The translations under genes were made by a program, and so were the position numbers. A stretch of 64,000 nt of DNA, taken from the NCBI RefSeq assembly GCF_009834535.1, contig NC_045697.1, forward strand, positions 72,914,001-72,978,000, given 5' to 3'. Below, piece by piece: positions 27,326 through 40,443 of the stretch. Origin of the DNA: Camelus ferus (Eukaryota). The notes under the pieces are model-generated. The model was given only the letters and a program-made list of their open reading frames with translations, was not told the origin of the DNA and ran no database searches. Within the stretch, counting starts at the first letter, position 1. Each line of letters begins with the position of its first letter.

Positions 27326-28067
27326 CTAGAAAGGGAGCAAAGACTAAGAAGGGTTTGGAAAAAAATGCTATCTGAAATCTTCTTAGTTTATGTAGCAAGC
27401 TATGTTATACCTATAGACTCGGGGAAATTGCTTGTTTTAAAGCTTATTTAATCTTTAGAACTGGAAATAGATCAGTTTTTTGACTTTTTTTTTTTTTTTT
27501 TTGTCAGAGCCTAGGCATTTGCAAAACGTGTTCTATTCTTTTTTATGAGGAGGTATTCTGAACTTCAACTAGCATTTAAGTCATGCATGATTATTACAGC
27601 TTAAATTCATGTAAAGATCAGAAAGCACAGGCCAGCAGAAAAGAATCTCACCAATACATTAATGTGTGCCACATCTAAGACAGGTGGAAAACAAAAGAAC
27701 CTATAAACAGACTTGAACTTGAAGTGTATTATTGAGAGGAGGGGGATGGATTGTTTCTAATGGCATGGGAGCAGAGATGTGTACTTTATAATATCATTTG
27801 TGCTGTCCAGGAAGAAAAGAGCTGAGAACCACACATCTGCCAACACTATACCTGACCCTGCAAGTTAGAATAGAGAAAAGTAATTGAATGTGGTTGAACC
27901 AATTCCCTGAGCAAAAGGAAGATGCTACAGTTGATGAGTTCAAATGCCGTATCACAGAAGGCAGTGAATGGTCTTATTTTCTCCAAGTCCTTCTTTCTGG
28001 TTTATTCTATTATCATTCATTTTACTGAGCGAGAAATTCAAAAGTGGAGCAAAGAAATTGTCTTTCC

Positions 28068-28436
28068 TTTTAAAAAACAAAATTCAGTTGAGTAAATTTG
28101 AAGCTCTAATTGGCTTTATTCAATGATTCAGGAATCAGGCAGCATCTTATCTAACAAGTAGAAGACAGGTCCCAGGAATTGTGCAAGACAGAAGGCTTTA
28201 TAGGCAGAAGGGTGGGACAAGGAAGTTAAGAGAGTGGATTATTTCAGGCAAGGTCACTTTCCTTAAGGTAAGGCAGGGGGCAGTTATCAGGTAGATTATC
28301 TCACTAGTGCTGATAGGAAATTCCAGACATTAAAATTCCATTTCTGGGAGAGGCTGAAACTGCAAATAGGTTGGGGATTAAGTCTTGGTGGGGCTTAACA
28401 AAAGTGACTCCATTTTGGGCTTGTTTCTTTTTAACA
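28068..28436 (-). mobile_element. ERV1-type solo LTR (MER31/MER67-like)
   Basis: tttatt near the left end; gtgactccattttggg...ttaaca at the right end; tttcc on both flanks. Confidence 0.7.
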
Positions 28437-28644
28437 TTTCCTAATGCTTATGAGGTTACTGGAGAGAATACATTGTAATTTATTGCTGTTAATGGACATA
28501 CTCTATTTTAGAGAAGTCAAGTCAAGGATTGCATTATCTCATTTCTTAAAAAGGTAAAACTTCATCCTAAAATATTTTCAAGTAACATTTAAAAAATGGA
28601 TTTGGGGACTCTGTGTTCCAAGTAAACATTTTTTTCTCCCCAAA

Positions 28645-28645
28645 T

Positions 28646-28724
<79 letters not shown>
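28645..28724. repeat. (TTTA)20 microsatellite
   Basis: Perfect array, directly visible. Confidence 0.97.
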
Positions 28725-28854
28725 TTGACTATAAGCATGGATTTATTATTTAATAAGTTTAATTTTCTAACAAAGTATTACAGAGAAAAGTGATAACATT
28801 CAAACTTTACCTGATACCTTGGCTTCATTACCAGAACATTTCTAATATTGAAAC

Positions 28855-29346
28855 TGTTAAAGAGAAAACCATGGGCCCCAAATGGCATCACTTGTGCTAA
28901 ATCCTATGATACTAAACCTAGATTTAATATTTGACCTAATTGCAGTTTGACCTTTTCTAAGAATATAATCTTAACTAGCTGGTCTGGAATTTTCTGATCA
29001 GCATCAATGAGATAACCTGCCACTCAGGCCTCTCTCTAGCCCCCAAAGGAAGAAGAGGCAATAGTCAAGATAAAGCCTGCAAGTGCCTTTCCTCAAAATA
29101 TGATGGCCCAGATTGCTCAATGGCCTGTCTTAAAACAATTCTTTCTGGGAATTTTTTAGCTAATAATTTATTTGTTCCATCCTCCTGGCACCGTCCCTAG
29201 CCCCTGCCACCACCCATCAAGGTGATAGCTATCTGCACACCCTGGGGAAGACTCATGAACCCATGAAATTTGCTCATTTCAGATCCAGTTCTGCAAACAA
29301 AGCCACTAAGCACATGTAGATGGCATTCTTTTTAGCTCTTTTAACA
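28855..29346 (+). mobile_element. ERV1-type LTR (MER31-like) carrying an L1 5'UTR-like patch
   Basis: tgttaaagagaaaa...ccccaaatggcatcacttgtgctaa start, ctttttaaca end. Confidence 0.7.
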
Positions 29347-31903
29347 AGATTTATTTCTACCTGAATATGGTCTGTATTTAATCTATACAAGTTGTATGAT
29401 TGACCCCTCAAAAAATTGAGAAATGATTGACTTGTTTATATTCTTTTACCCTTGCTTTCATTTCTTTGCAATTAATCTTAACAGCTATGGCAGTCAGGTT
29501 ACATTTTTGCTCTTACTTGTATACACCCTTTATTTACCTGTGGTGCATTTTTACTTAGAAGAAAATAAAATTAACCAATAATGTAAAAGTTATATTGAGA
29601 AGAGGGGAGTTGGAGCAAAAAAGATATTTTGACATAACAACAGAGCCAGATGCATCTACTGGGAAATTTCTTCTTCTGAAAAGAATTTCAGTATTTCTTA
29701 AAATATTAATCAGAGAACTTGTAATGTTATAATAGTAAACTAAATCAAAGAGGTTATTCAATTTTCCTCTACACCTGTGTTAAGTTATAAAATAAATTAT
29801 ATCTTCAGATAAATGTTATAATCACCAGAAACCATCAGTCAGGATTAATAGAGGGAAAATACTGAGATAAAAATCAAAGCCAAGTTCATAGTTATGAAGG
29901 CAGTTAGACTTTAAAACAGTTTATTGTGAGCTTTCTATGTTACTATAGCTGTTGTATGGTCTCTTTACGTCTCTGTCCCTATATATGTATATACGTATAT
30001 ATTTATTTGCATATAATCTTCAGTACAACTCTACGAGTTAGGTACTACTTTATTTTGCTTTTAAGGAAACATAACTACAGAGAGTTTAACAACATATTAG
30101 GATCAGTGTCTAAGTGTTATAGGATGGATTTAAATCCAACTGACTCCAGCACCCAAGTCTAAAGCACTGCATGAATAACTATGTGTTTTGGAGAAACCTT
30201 ATTTTTATTATTATATTTTTATCATTATTCAAAAGTATTATTTTAATTATTAATTATACAATTATTATTAGTTATTAATTATACTATTATTTGAAAGTAT
30301 CTATTATGAGAAACAAAATTTCCATGAGAGATTAATAAGGTAGCAAAGTGCTGATAAGAGGGCATCAGTGGAATTGAAAAACAAAACCTGGTAAAATCTG
30401 GTAAAAATTTCTCTTTATAATTGGCAATACATCTTGGCCAGACTGTAAAATACACTAGATTCTAATCCCAGGAATGGCATCATTAGAGTCTAAAGCCATT
30501 CAACCATGTTTTATGAATAGACATATTAGAGTAATTTAATTGGTATTTTAACCATGAATATTACAGCATGCAGTTGCTAGATAAAAAGTTTTGACCTAAT
30601 TGACTCGCTGGTTAATGAGCTAAATAATCTATTTAATGACTTCATTAAATTGTGTATCTGAGTGTCAAATCTGTAAAACAATTTTATTACATACTTCCTT
30701 TAAAAAATACCTTTTTTTGTGAATATAAATGCATGATCTTATTTTTGATTTCACATGTTTTATGAATTTGGGGACTATTCTCCCTGTCCTTAGTTATTAC
30801 TTGTATAAACTATCAAGTTTATTCTAACTAATTAGTTCTAAAATAATTTTTATCTTGTGTATGTTTTGTCCTTAAATTTGCTCACACTTTCCTTAAAAGT
30901 AATACCAGGAACAGTCATACCTAGATTAAATAAAACTTTAATTTCATTGTTTAATGATTAAAAGGATTAAAGAATACTGACTACTTTGCAATTGACTAAA
31001 AGTTAGTATGTACATCTTTTTTAGCACAATTTTCAACCTTGATTGTGTTTTCAAAAATCAAGACCAAATCAATATATATTTTAGGTAGTTTTAAATTTTT
31101 GTGATTTCCCCTCCACCATTTTTGTTATCTTCTGAACCAATTTGTTCATAATTTCTCTGAAAAACTAGTATGAATAAACCTAGATCTTTAGACAAAATTA
31201 AACCTTAATGGTAGATAGTAGTTATACTGGAATTTTTCCAATATGCTTTCATCTTTCAATAGGATTTTCATAAACCATCCCACTGTTAATCTCCAGAAAG
31301 CAGGCCATTTCTTAAGCTCAGGGATGAAAGTGGACCTTTCTGCCTTTCATCTGCTTCTTCAAATATTTAAGGAAAACAGTTACATCAAACCAGACCTTGT
31401 AACACAGATTAAATCCTCCTCTTTTTGACTGTCTTGGAGAAATTGTTTTTCCTCGGTTTTTCAAGGGATAGTCATCATGGCCATATGTTGGAAAGAGAAA
31501 TTAAAGTTTGCAAATGATTACATAACTTGAAATTATGTTATAAATTTATTTTATGTATCAAAAATTGGACCAATTTTATATATAAGCAGATAAACAGCTG
31601 CACATTCTTCTTTATGTCTTGGTAGATATGCCAAGAAGAATTATTATAGATAGAATCTTTTTTACCCTGTTTACACACTTTCCCAAAGCAAGACTACATA
31701 CCACTTAACACATTTCTGGGCTCACCCACTTTTATTCATGGGCTCTGGGGTGGCCTTCATATCTGACTCTTTTGATAGGCAGAAACCATGGTGTTTGCCT
31801 TTTGAGATAGAAGTCAACTGAGTATAGGTCTTCTTGTATCTGAAGCTACAAGTACTGTTTACCCCTAATTGCTTTCATAACTATTACCTTGACTTTGATT
31901 TTT

Positions 31904-32167
<264 letters not shown>

Positions 32168-32169
32168 AC

Positions 32170-32345
32170 CTTGACCTTGATTTTTGTCTCCATTTGTTCC
32201 CTCCATTAATCCTGAGGTTTCTGACTGCTGGCACCTTCTTGATCCCCAGCTTATGGCAATTCCAGTTCTTAAGCTTCTTCAATACCAGGACTGTTGTTTC
32301 CTACTTTGCTTTGAGTCTTTGGTCCTGATCTGTTGCCATACAGCA
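32170..32345 (-). pseudogene. Exon remnant, 176 nt, LYGNRSGPKTQSKVGNNSPGIEEA*ELELP*AGDQEGASSQKPQD*...
   Basis: gtatgttag acceptor; coding-like composition with three TAA stops; donor CAAG|gt disrupted by the SINE. Confidence 0.5.
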
Positions 32346-32440
32346 CTAACATACATCAGTCAGGGATGAAGCAAGAAAATTAAATACTGTGTTTGTAAAT
32401 ATACCACCTTAGTTAATCATTTTTTAAAAGACAAGTTAAT

Positions 32441-33740
32441 CAGTGAAGCTAGAACACTCCCTTACACCATACACAGAAATAAATTCAAAATGGATCAAAG
32501 ACTTAAACATAAGACAAGATACAATAAACCTCCTAGAAGAAAATATAGGCAAAACATTATGTGACCTACATCTCAAAAATGTTCTCCTAGGACAGTCTAC
32601 CCAAGCAATAGACATAAAAGCAAGAATAAACAAATGGGACCTAATTAAATGTACAAGCTTCTGCACAGCAAAGGAAACCATAAGTAAAACAAAAAGACAA
32701 CCTACGGAATGGGAGAAAATTTTTGCAAACGATGAAACTGACAAAGGCTTGATCTCCAGAATATATAAGCAGCTCATATGACTTAGTAAGAAAGAAACAA
32801 ACAACCCAATCCAAAAATGGGCAGAAGATCAAAACAAGCAATCTCCAAGGAAGAAATACAAATGATCAATAAGCACATAAAAAAAATTCTCAGTATCACT
32901 AACTATCAGAGAAATGCAAATCAAAACTACGATGAGGTATCACCTCACACCAGTCAGAATGGCCATCATTCAAAAGTCCACAAATGACAAATGCTGGAGA
33001 AAAGGGAACCCTCCTACACTGCTGGTGGGAATGCAGTTTGGTGCAGCCATTGTGGAAAACAGTATGGAGATTCCTCAAAAGACTAGGAATAGACTTACCA
33101 TATGACCCAGGAATCCCACTCCTGGGAACCCAGGAGTATCCAGAAGGAACCCTACTTCAAAATGACACCTGCACCCCAATGTTCATAGAAGCACTATTTA
33201 CAATAGCCAAGACATGGAAACAGCCTAAATGTCCATCAACAGGTGACTGGATAAAGAAGAGGTGGTATATTTATACAATGGAATAATATTCAGCCATACA
33301 AACCGACAACATAACGCCATTTGCAGCAACATGGATATTCCTGGAGAATGTCATTGTAAGTGAAGTAAGCCAGAAAGAGAAAGAAAAATACCATATGAGA
33401 TCGCTCATATGTGGAATCTAAAAAAAAAAATAAATAAATATATACAAAACAGAAACAGACTCATAGACATAGAATACAAACTTGTGGTTGCCAAGGGGGC
33501 AGGGGGTGGGAAGGGACAGACTGGGATTTCAAAATGTAGAATAGATAGACAAGATTATACTGTATAGCACAGGGAAATATATACAAGATCTTATGGTTGC
33601 TCACAGCAAAAAAAAAAACTGTGACAATGAATATATATATGTTCATGTATAACTGAAAAATTGTGCTCTACACTGGAATTTGACACAACATTGTAAAATG
33701 ACTGTAACTCAATAAAAAATGTTTAATAAAGTAAATAAAA
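32441..33740 (+). mobile_element. Young 5'-truncated LINE-1 (ORF2 C-terminal part + 3'UTR), frameshifted
   Basis: Translations [50 protein letters not shown] and CTPMFIEALFTIAKTWKQPKCP are L1 ORF2p; aataaa and A-rich tail. Confidence 0.97.
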
Positions 33741-35260
33741 TACAGAGATTAGATGGCAAAGCAGCAGATAAGGACAGATAGATGATGTAATAAAGTCTTT
33801 CACTTAACAATTGGAAATAAGTTTCGAATTGCAAATAAAAAGTAAAAATGGCTGTGTTAAGTATTTTACAGAGGCTAGAATAGTGCTTTTCCCATAATAG
33901 TAGTTCAATACATATTTGTTGGACGGATGAACGGTTAGATGGATATATAAAATAAAAATGTAATAAAAAAAAAGTTAAAAGCTATAGGGTTTTTTTCCCA
34001 GTATTACAGATTTCCAATTCATGTTACTATTGGGCATAAGCCATGTTATAAGTCATGTTATTGTTTGTCTGGGCATAAGCACAAAATGAAAATAAAAGAC
34101 TAATCAGACGATTAAAATAAATCAGTGCAGCTGCTTTACACAGTCCAGCACATCAAGGTGAAATTTGTATTATTAGAAAAACTCAGATGCCACACTGCCG
34201 TCAGTGATTGGCATTCCTGCCTTAGCACCACTCCAGCCTTTCTATCATGATCTTCCTGCTCTCTAGTGGCTGGCCCATCTTTCTTAAGTTGAGAAGGGAC
34301 AATAATCTTCATGCAATAAATAATCAACGTGTAGAAATAGAAAGGCAATATATTATAATAAAACCGGACTTGAATGTAGCTTTGTGATGTTGGCTGGATA
34401 CAGTAAATCCTCACCTGTGAAGTGGACATAAAGCTTCCTGCTTCATAAGGTATTTATAAGGATTCAGTCATAAAACTCATACGGAGTGTCAGAACAGTCC
34501 ATGGCATGTTGATAAGTTCTCAATAATTTTGACCTCTGTTATTTCATTGAAGCAAAACAAATATGAGCCACTTGATCAGTGGTATATCAATCTCTGTTTC
34601 CTACTTCGAGCCCTGCGCCACACACAGTGAGGAAGGGCTGAGGTCTCATAAGCCGTTTCATAGGCTCCCTTTATTGGGACAAATAAATCAGGACATTTCT
34701 GCATTTCAGGCTATATTTTTAATGGATTAAGAAAAGATAAAGATAGTATCTGTTGAGAAGAGAACAAAGTAAACACCTCGGAGGCATGGGTAGAATGACA
34801 CAGATGTTTTGAAGAGATATTTCTGAGTATGGGAAAGAAACTTAACGAAAACAGGTAAAATGATAACTAAGCAACACTCCGAGCTCAGTTCAGGCTATAA
34901 TTTAAATAATTTATGTCTAGCATTTATTATGGGCCAGACATAGCTGCAAACACCATGCACATAAAACCTCATTTAATCCTCACAACCTAAAAGATTTCTA
35001 CTCTTCAAGTAATCTACCAAAATTTGCCCAACTAGTAAAAGAGGCTTCTGGGACCTGAACTCAGACATGTTTATGATTTAATTAGTGAGGTCAAGCAGTT
35101 TTTCTCTGGAAGAACTCAGCAACCTGGTAATCACAGAAAACAGATTCTTGACCAGGATGTGGCAGTAACAGTATCATTGAAGTCCAAATGTTCAAGGAAA
35201 TAAAGATGCTGGTAAAGGTGCATGAAGTGCAGCACATACAATATATAGAGTGATACAAAC

Positions 35261-35296
35261 CGCACTGTAGAGTTACTCGTCTAGCATCCTTCTGCA
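35261..35296 (-). pseudogene. Exon remnant, 36 nt, LQKDARRVTLQC
   Basis: ctcattttcag acceptor, gtttgt donor, phase 1 to 1. Confidence 0.45.
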
Positions 35297-36222
35297 CTGA
35301 AAATGAGTCTATAATATCTACCCTCTGAAGGAAAAGGTGAAATATCGTCAATGCAAACAAATTTTATTAGCATTTTAGCTACTCTCTGGGTCTGTTTCCT
35401 TAAATCAGAAATCATAATCCTCATAATTCATCCTTCTCTCCATTCTCCTTATTTTTCCGTTAATACCCTGGTAAGTGTTTTTAGTTCTTGGCAGCCAGAG
35501 GTGGCTGGCTTCTCAAGAGAAGAGGGAGAAGCTGAAGATCTGATTTCACGCAAGTTACAGTGAAGTACATGTAAGGAAAGGAGATAATGAATATAATCTT
35601 TTCAAAGTCCTGCTTGCCAAGATTACTTAACATCAAAATTTGAAAAATAAATCTCATGATTAAATATTCTAAAATACATTATTCTAATATAGCTAAAATT
35701 GTTATATTTTAAGTGACTATTATTAAATTATTAAATTTTAACACAGATGTGTTTTACCCTGTTATTCATAGACTAATTTTAACTCTGAGGGGCTTATATT
35801 AAAAACAGAAATATTTGGACTATGTTTTTCAAATAAAACTGTTACCTTTGCAATAGTTCAATTTCTCCACTGCTGTAATCAAATCCCTAACTGTATAAAT
35901 ATATTTTTATCGTAATAGCTTATCCTTATTGGTCTCTTCCTTGTTCTGAAATCAAAGCACAGATAAAATTTGGTGAAACAAGAAAGTTAGATGCAGTTGC
36001 ATAAGCACATTTTTACCTCTAGATCAGTACTGTTAAATCTATGGAATGCTGTCAGAAAGAGCTTTCCCAGAAAAAGAAGAAATAGGTATGGGGGCAGGCA
36101 GGTGAGAAATGGGATGGTCACTCAGAGTTACTACAGTTTTAAACTGAAAATCAGCTAAAATTACAATAAACACTGGCTTATTTTTGCTAATATCCACTAT
36201 GACCCACTCAAGACCCACTCAC

Positions 36223-36306
36223 AGTCTTTGAATGCTAAATGGATTTTGCTTCATTTTGTACTCGAAATGCGTGAACTACTCATTTCTTCTATATCCAGAC
36301 TGGCAA
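36223..36306 (-). pseudogene. Exon remnant, 84 nt, VASLDIEEMSSSRISSTK*SKIHLAFKD
   Basis: catccttctaacag acceptor, gtgagt donor, phase 1 to 1, one TGA. Confidence 0.65.
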
Positions 36307-36541
36307 CTGTTAGAAGGATGAATTTTTATCACATAATTTTCTGTACTCTCCACTGGAAATATGTTTTCCCTTCTTTCCCTCCTCAGCATTGTAATTATGG
36401 TCGTCAACATCACTATGATCATTATACAAGAATTTTATTAATAAAATGCCATTCAATTTATTGCACCCTTCTCTAATTTTACTGGAATGTAGCATTGTTT
36501 CTTTAAAATATCAATTTATTGAGATGGGAATAGCGACTCAC

Positions 36542-36562
36542 CTTGACGTTGTGTCAACTTTT
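36542..36562 (-). pseudogene. 21-nt microexon remnant, EKLTQRQ
   Basis: cctttttaaatag acceptor, consensus AAG|gtgagt donor, phase 1 to 1. Confidence 0.6.
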
Positions 36563-37877
36563 CTATTTAAAAAGGATATTTATTTATCTAATATAAACCA
36601 ATCAGAACCACCATCACCATAAAAATTTTGCCACACATGTTTTCTGTGCTTTGTAAGATGTGTGAAATTATTTTTAGGTTTGTTATTTTACTTGATTACT
36701 ACAAAGTCTTGTGAGATGATGATCTATATAATTTTAATTATTTCCTAACTCAGGAAACTGAATTTAGAAAGGAAAACTAAGATGCCCAAAGTCACACTGA
36801 CCGTCAGTGTAGAAACAAAATTTTCTAACTTTGGTTTAACACAATAGTCTCAAAAAATGAGTATTAGTGTTATTCTCTTCTTTATGCTCAGTTCTCAGTG
36901 CTAACTTCCATTAAAATGAAGGCTTCTCAGCTTTTTAAAAATTTCTGGCCAATCCTTCCATTGTAAACTCACTGGGAATAGTACAAAATTATAAGTATCA
37001 GTATTGTAAATGGAATTTCAAAAAGTTTCTTTTGTTTAGTCTTAAGTGTGAATTACTGTATTTGCCTTATGTCACACTCTCTGAAGATGTGAAACTATAT
37101 TGCAAAGCAAAAAAATCTCTTGCATGTAACAACTTCATCCAGATTCTACCTGGAGATAACGCAACCCCAGGTGATGTACTGCTGCCTTGTTTCTTGTGTT
37201 ACATTTATTGGTTCCTCAGAGCTAAGCCCAGTGTCAGGTAAATACCAGGTCTCAATAAATGCTTTGTGTGTTTGTTTTTATTAACTTGTGTTGGATTTCT
37301 TTTGTATCATGCTGATCAAAAATACTGTAGTGTTTATACAGTTGTTCATGGACTCCCGTCAAAAATTGGATTCTGGTACTACAAAGCAAATATTTGTTTT
37401 TAGCATTCACCTATAGGATTCTTCCTTTCAAAATGAAAATCTGAACTTTTTAGAGTAAGCTTAAAATCAACATTCAAATATATCAGCCTTCATATAAATT
37501 GTATTTGCAAATAAGTATTACCAATTTTATGGATTTAAGTAATCTTTGCTTCTAGACAGGCTTCTCTTTCTCATTCCTATTCCTAACTGTATAACAGTTC
37601 ATTTCAACCTACCTCATCATCCCCAGAACCAGAAGCATGTTAGTTCCTCCTTAATTCAAAAAGATGTTATGAAAATTAATGTTAAAATATGGATATGAAT
37701 AAAACAAGTATGATGTAGACAAAAGAATGCTAGCTTACATGTAAAATGCTCTGGGTTTTCCAGTTGCCTCTCTGTTATCAGTTACCCCAAGGCATTGACT
37801 ACCTCTTCCAGACCTCAGTTTGTTTGATGCAGAGACTCTGTTCAATGACTTAGAACCATTTTCCTTTCTCCTCTTTA

Positions 37878-38445
37878 TAGGCAGTCAGACACTTCAGTGT
37901 GCCACTGAGAGCATCTTAACATCACTTATCTCCAGGCCGCTTGGTGATTTGTTTCACTCCAGTTGTCTCTAAGGGGACCATCTATGTTTGGGCTCTACCC
38001 ATCTGCTATGGAGGTGACCACTCACTGGACACACCTTAATGGGTCCTCCTCCTTCATGTGAGGCAGGCCGGTGGCCTTCACCCCCAGGGCAAGCCTGTTG
38101 CTACAGTGGTCTGAGATTATACAGGACCAGTTCAGTGCTTATGCAAGGGCTACCCAGAAGAAAGATGGAAGAATGCCTATGGGTGAATTTTTGACCCAGG
38201 GGAAGTGAGAGCCAGGGGCAGATCTTCCTCCCATCCTCTCTCCCTCACCTCCCACATACTTCCACAGATAGCGCTGTCAGTTGTGCTTAATACCAGACTG
38301 GCCAGCTCTGTGATGAATCTTTATATTTGCTGTTTCTCCTTCCCTGCCTCTTTCCTGTTTTTCTGTTTCCCTAGGAATTAGCTATAAATAAATAAATACA
38401 TACACTTTGTCTCAAGCTCTGCTTTTTGGAGAACCCAGACCAAGA
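37878..38445 (+). mobile_element. ERVL-type LTR (LTR16-like)
   Basis: aataaa...tctcaagctctgctttttggagaacccagaccaaga 3' terminus. Confidence 0.7.
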
Positions 38446-38861
38446 TGAGCACCTCTTATAAAGAGGCTGATTTTTCTCCCCAAATACTTTTTCAATTAAA
38501 AGAGGCTACGTGACCTATTTTTGGAAATAAGATATAAAAAGAACTACCTTAAAAGGCTCCTGGAAAAGATTTGCCTCCCAATTAGAGAGACAGAAGGAGG
38601 GAGAGAGAATAGAGAATAGCTCTCTTTTTCTTTGCTGTCAGTTCTCCCTGAATTTCGCACAGCTCTGTGAGAACGGGTAACTTGGAGATGCTACCACCTT
38701 CTGAAAGCCAACATTACTGATGTTTTAAGGATGGATGGTGAGCAAAATGCTGGAAGAAGCCTGAACCTTTGATGATGTCATTCAGCTACTGAACCAGCCC
38801 TGGAACCTTGTTCTAAGCTTGTTATTTGATAAAAAGAAGTAACAGTATCAGCTGCCATTTT

Positions 38862-39306
38862 TTGTTTTTTTCCTTTTTTTAAATTGAAGTATAGTTGATT
38901 ATAATATTACATTAGCTTCAGGTGCACAGCATAGTGACTCAGTATTTTTACAGATTATGCTTTATTATGAATTATTACAAGATAATGGCTATAATTCCCT
39001 GTGCTGTAGAGCATATCTGGGTTGTTTATCTATTTTACACACATATTAGTTTGTATCTGTTATTCTCATACCCCTAATTTGTCCCTCCTCCCTTCCGTCT
39101 TCCCTTCCGTAACCACAAGCTTGTTTTTTATATCTATGAGTCCGTTTCTGTTTTGCATACACACTCATTTATATTATTTTTAGATTCCACGTATAAATGA
39201 CATCATATAGTATTTGTCTTTCTCTGCCTGACTTATATTACTAAGCATAATATCCTCTAGATCCACTCACATTGCTGCAGATAGCAGAATTTCAATCTTT
39301 TTTATA
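38862..39306 (-). mobile_element. LINE-1 3' end
   Basis: ttgaagtatagttgatt...tagattccacgtataaatgacatcatatagtatttgtc; ccatttt on both flanks. Confidence 0.9.
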
Positions 39307-40290
39307 CCATTTTCTTACATTATCTCACTTCTTGGTAAAAATGCTAGGTGCAAAAAGTGGGCCCGTGACACAAACTGTCTTAAGTCCTTCCCTGAGAATT
39401 AAAAAAAAAAATTAGAACTAAAAATGTCCTCTATTCTCTCTTGATAAGGCTGAAAATATGAGTGGGAGTTACTAGTAGACATGCTATCAGCAGTGGTAAA
39501 TAAATTTATATACAGAGGAAAAGAAGAGAGAGAGAGACAGAGACAGAGAGATAACTTAGTGGTAATTAAACCCAAGTTCCAAAGGACCAGGGACTAGCTC
39601 CAACTGTCTTTCTTGTTTCATTTCTATTAGAGTAAATAAATTGCCTTCTATTTCCTGAGCTATTTATCATTGGGATTTCTGCCCCTTGCAACCAACGACT
39701 CTGTTACTACATTCCTACTCTCATGTCAGCAAATAAAATATCTATTTGTACTGTCATTTTTATTTAAATATATTTTAATTATTATCTTGGAGCCAATTTT
39801 TATTTAGACAGTTATTTTTAAAAGTCACATTGCAAAATCTAATTGATGGATCAATGCCTTTGTGATGATTTTTTTGTAGGTTAAAAGTGATCAAACCATG
39901 ATAGTTTACTTTTATAACCATATACAAATCACAAAGATGAAGTACTTATTTGACTGTAAGTAATGAAAATTTTAGCCTCATATGTTAGTTGTATGAACCA
40001 AGTATTGTTAGATTTGTGAGAAATATGCAGAATATTTAGGATATAAAGATTAAATAGGTATAGTGGTAAACTCAAGTATCGAACACATTTCTAGTAAGGG
40101 AGATGGTAAAGAATGTCTAACAACTAATAATTGAAACATGAATTATTGCAAAAGATCTGCTTTTTGTAGAAATTTGAACAAACACAAGTTATATGTTGTT
40201 ATTCTCATTCCCCAGTGTATTTCTTAAGGGAGAGAAAAAAGAGTTGGACTAGAGCTAGCACAATCGGAAAATGTTCATAAACAACATAAC

Positions 40291-40443
40291 CACGTCCAGA
40301 ATCTGGGATGACATCTGAATCTAGAAGAATGGTCTTAAGGATTGGAGATGTAGGCTCATTTGTTTCCACTGTCTGTTTCAATGTCATTAGTCTTCATCTC
40401 ATCACTCTTGCTCCACAAAAATCTCTGCAAGTGATTGTTACAA
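40291..40443 (-). pseudogene. Exon remnant, 153 nt, VVTITCRDFCGARVMR*RLMTLKQTVETNEPTSPILKTILLDSDVIPDSGR
   Basis: ttcttctttcag acceptor, gttatg donor, phase 1 to 1, one TGA. Confidence 0.6.

Noticed and set aside
32443..33286. L1 ORF2 ORFs as a functional CDS
   Set aside because: 5'-truncated and broken by frameshifts and stops
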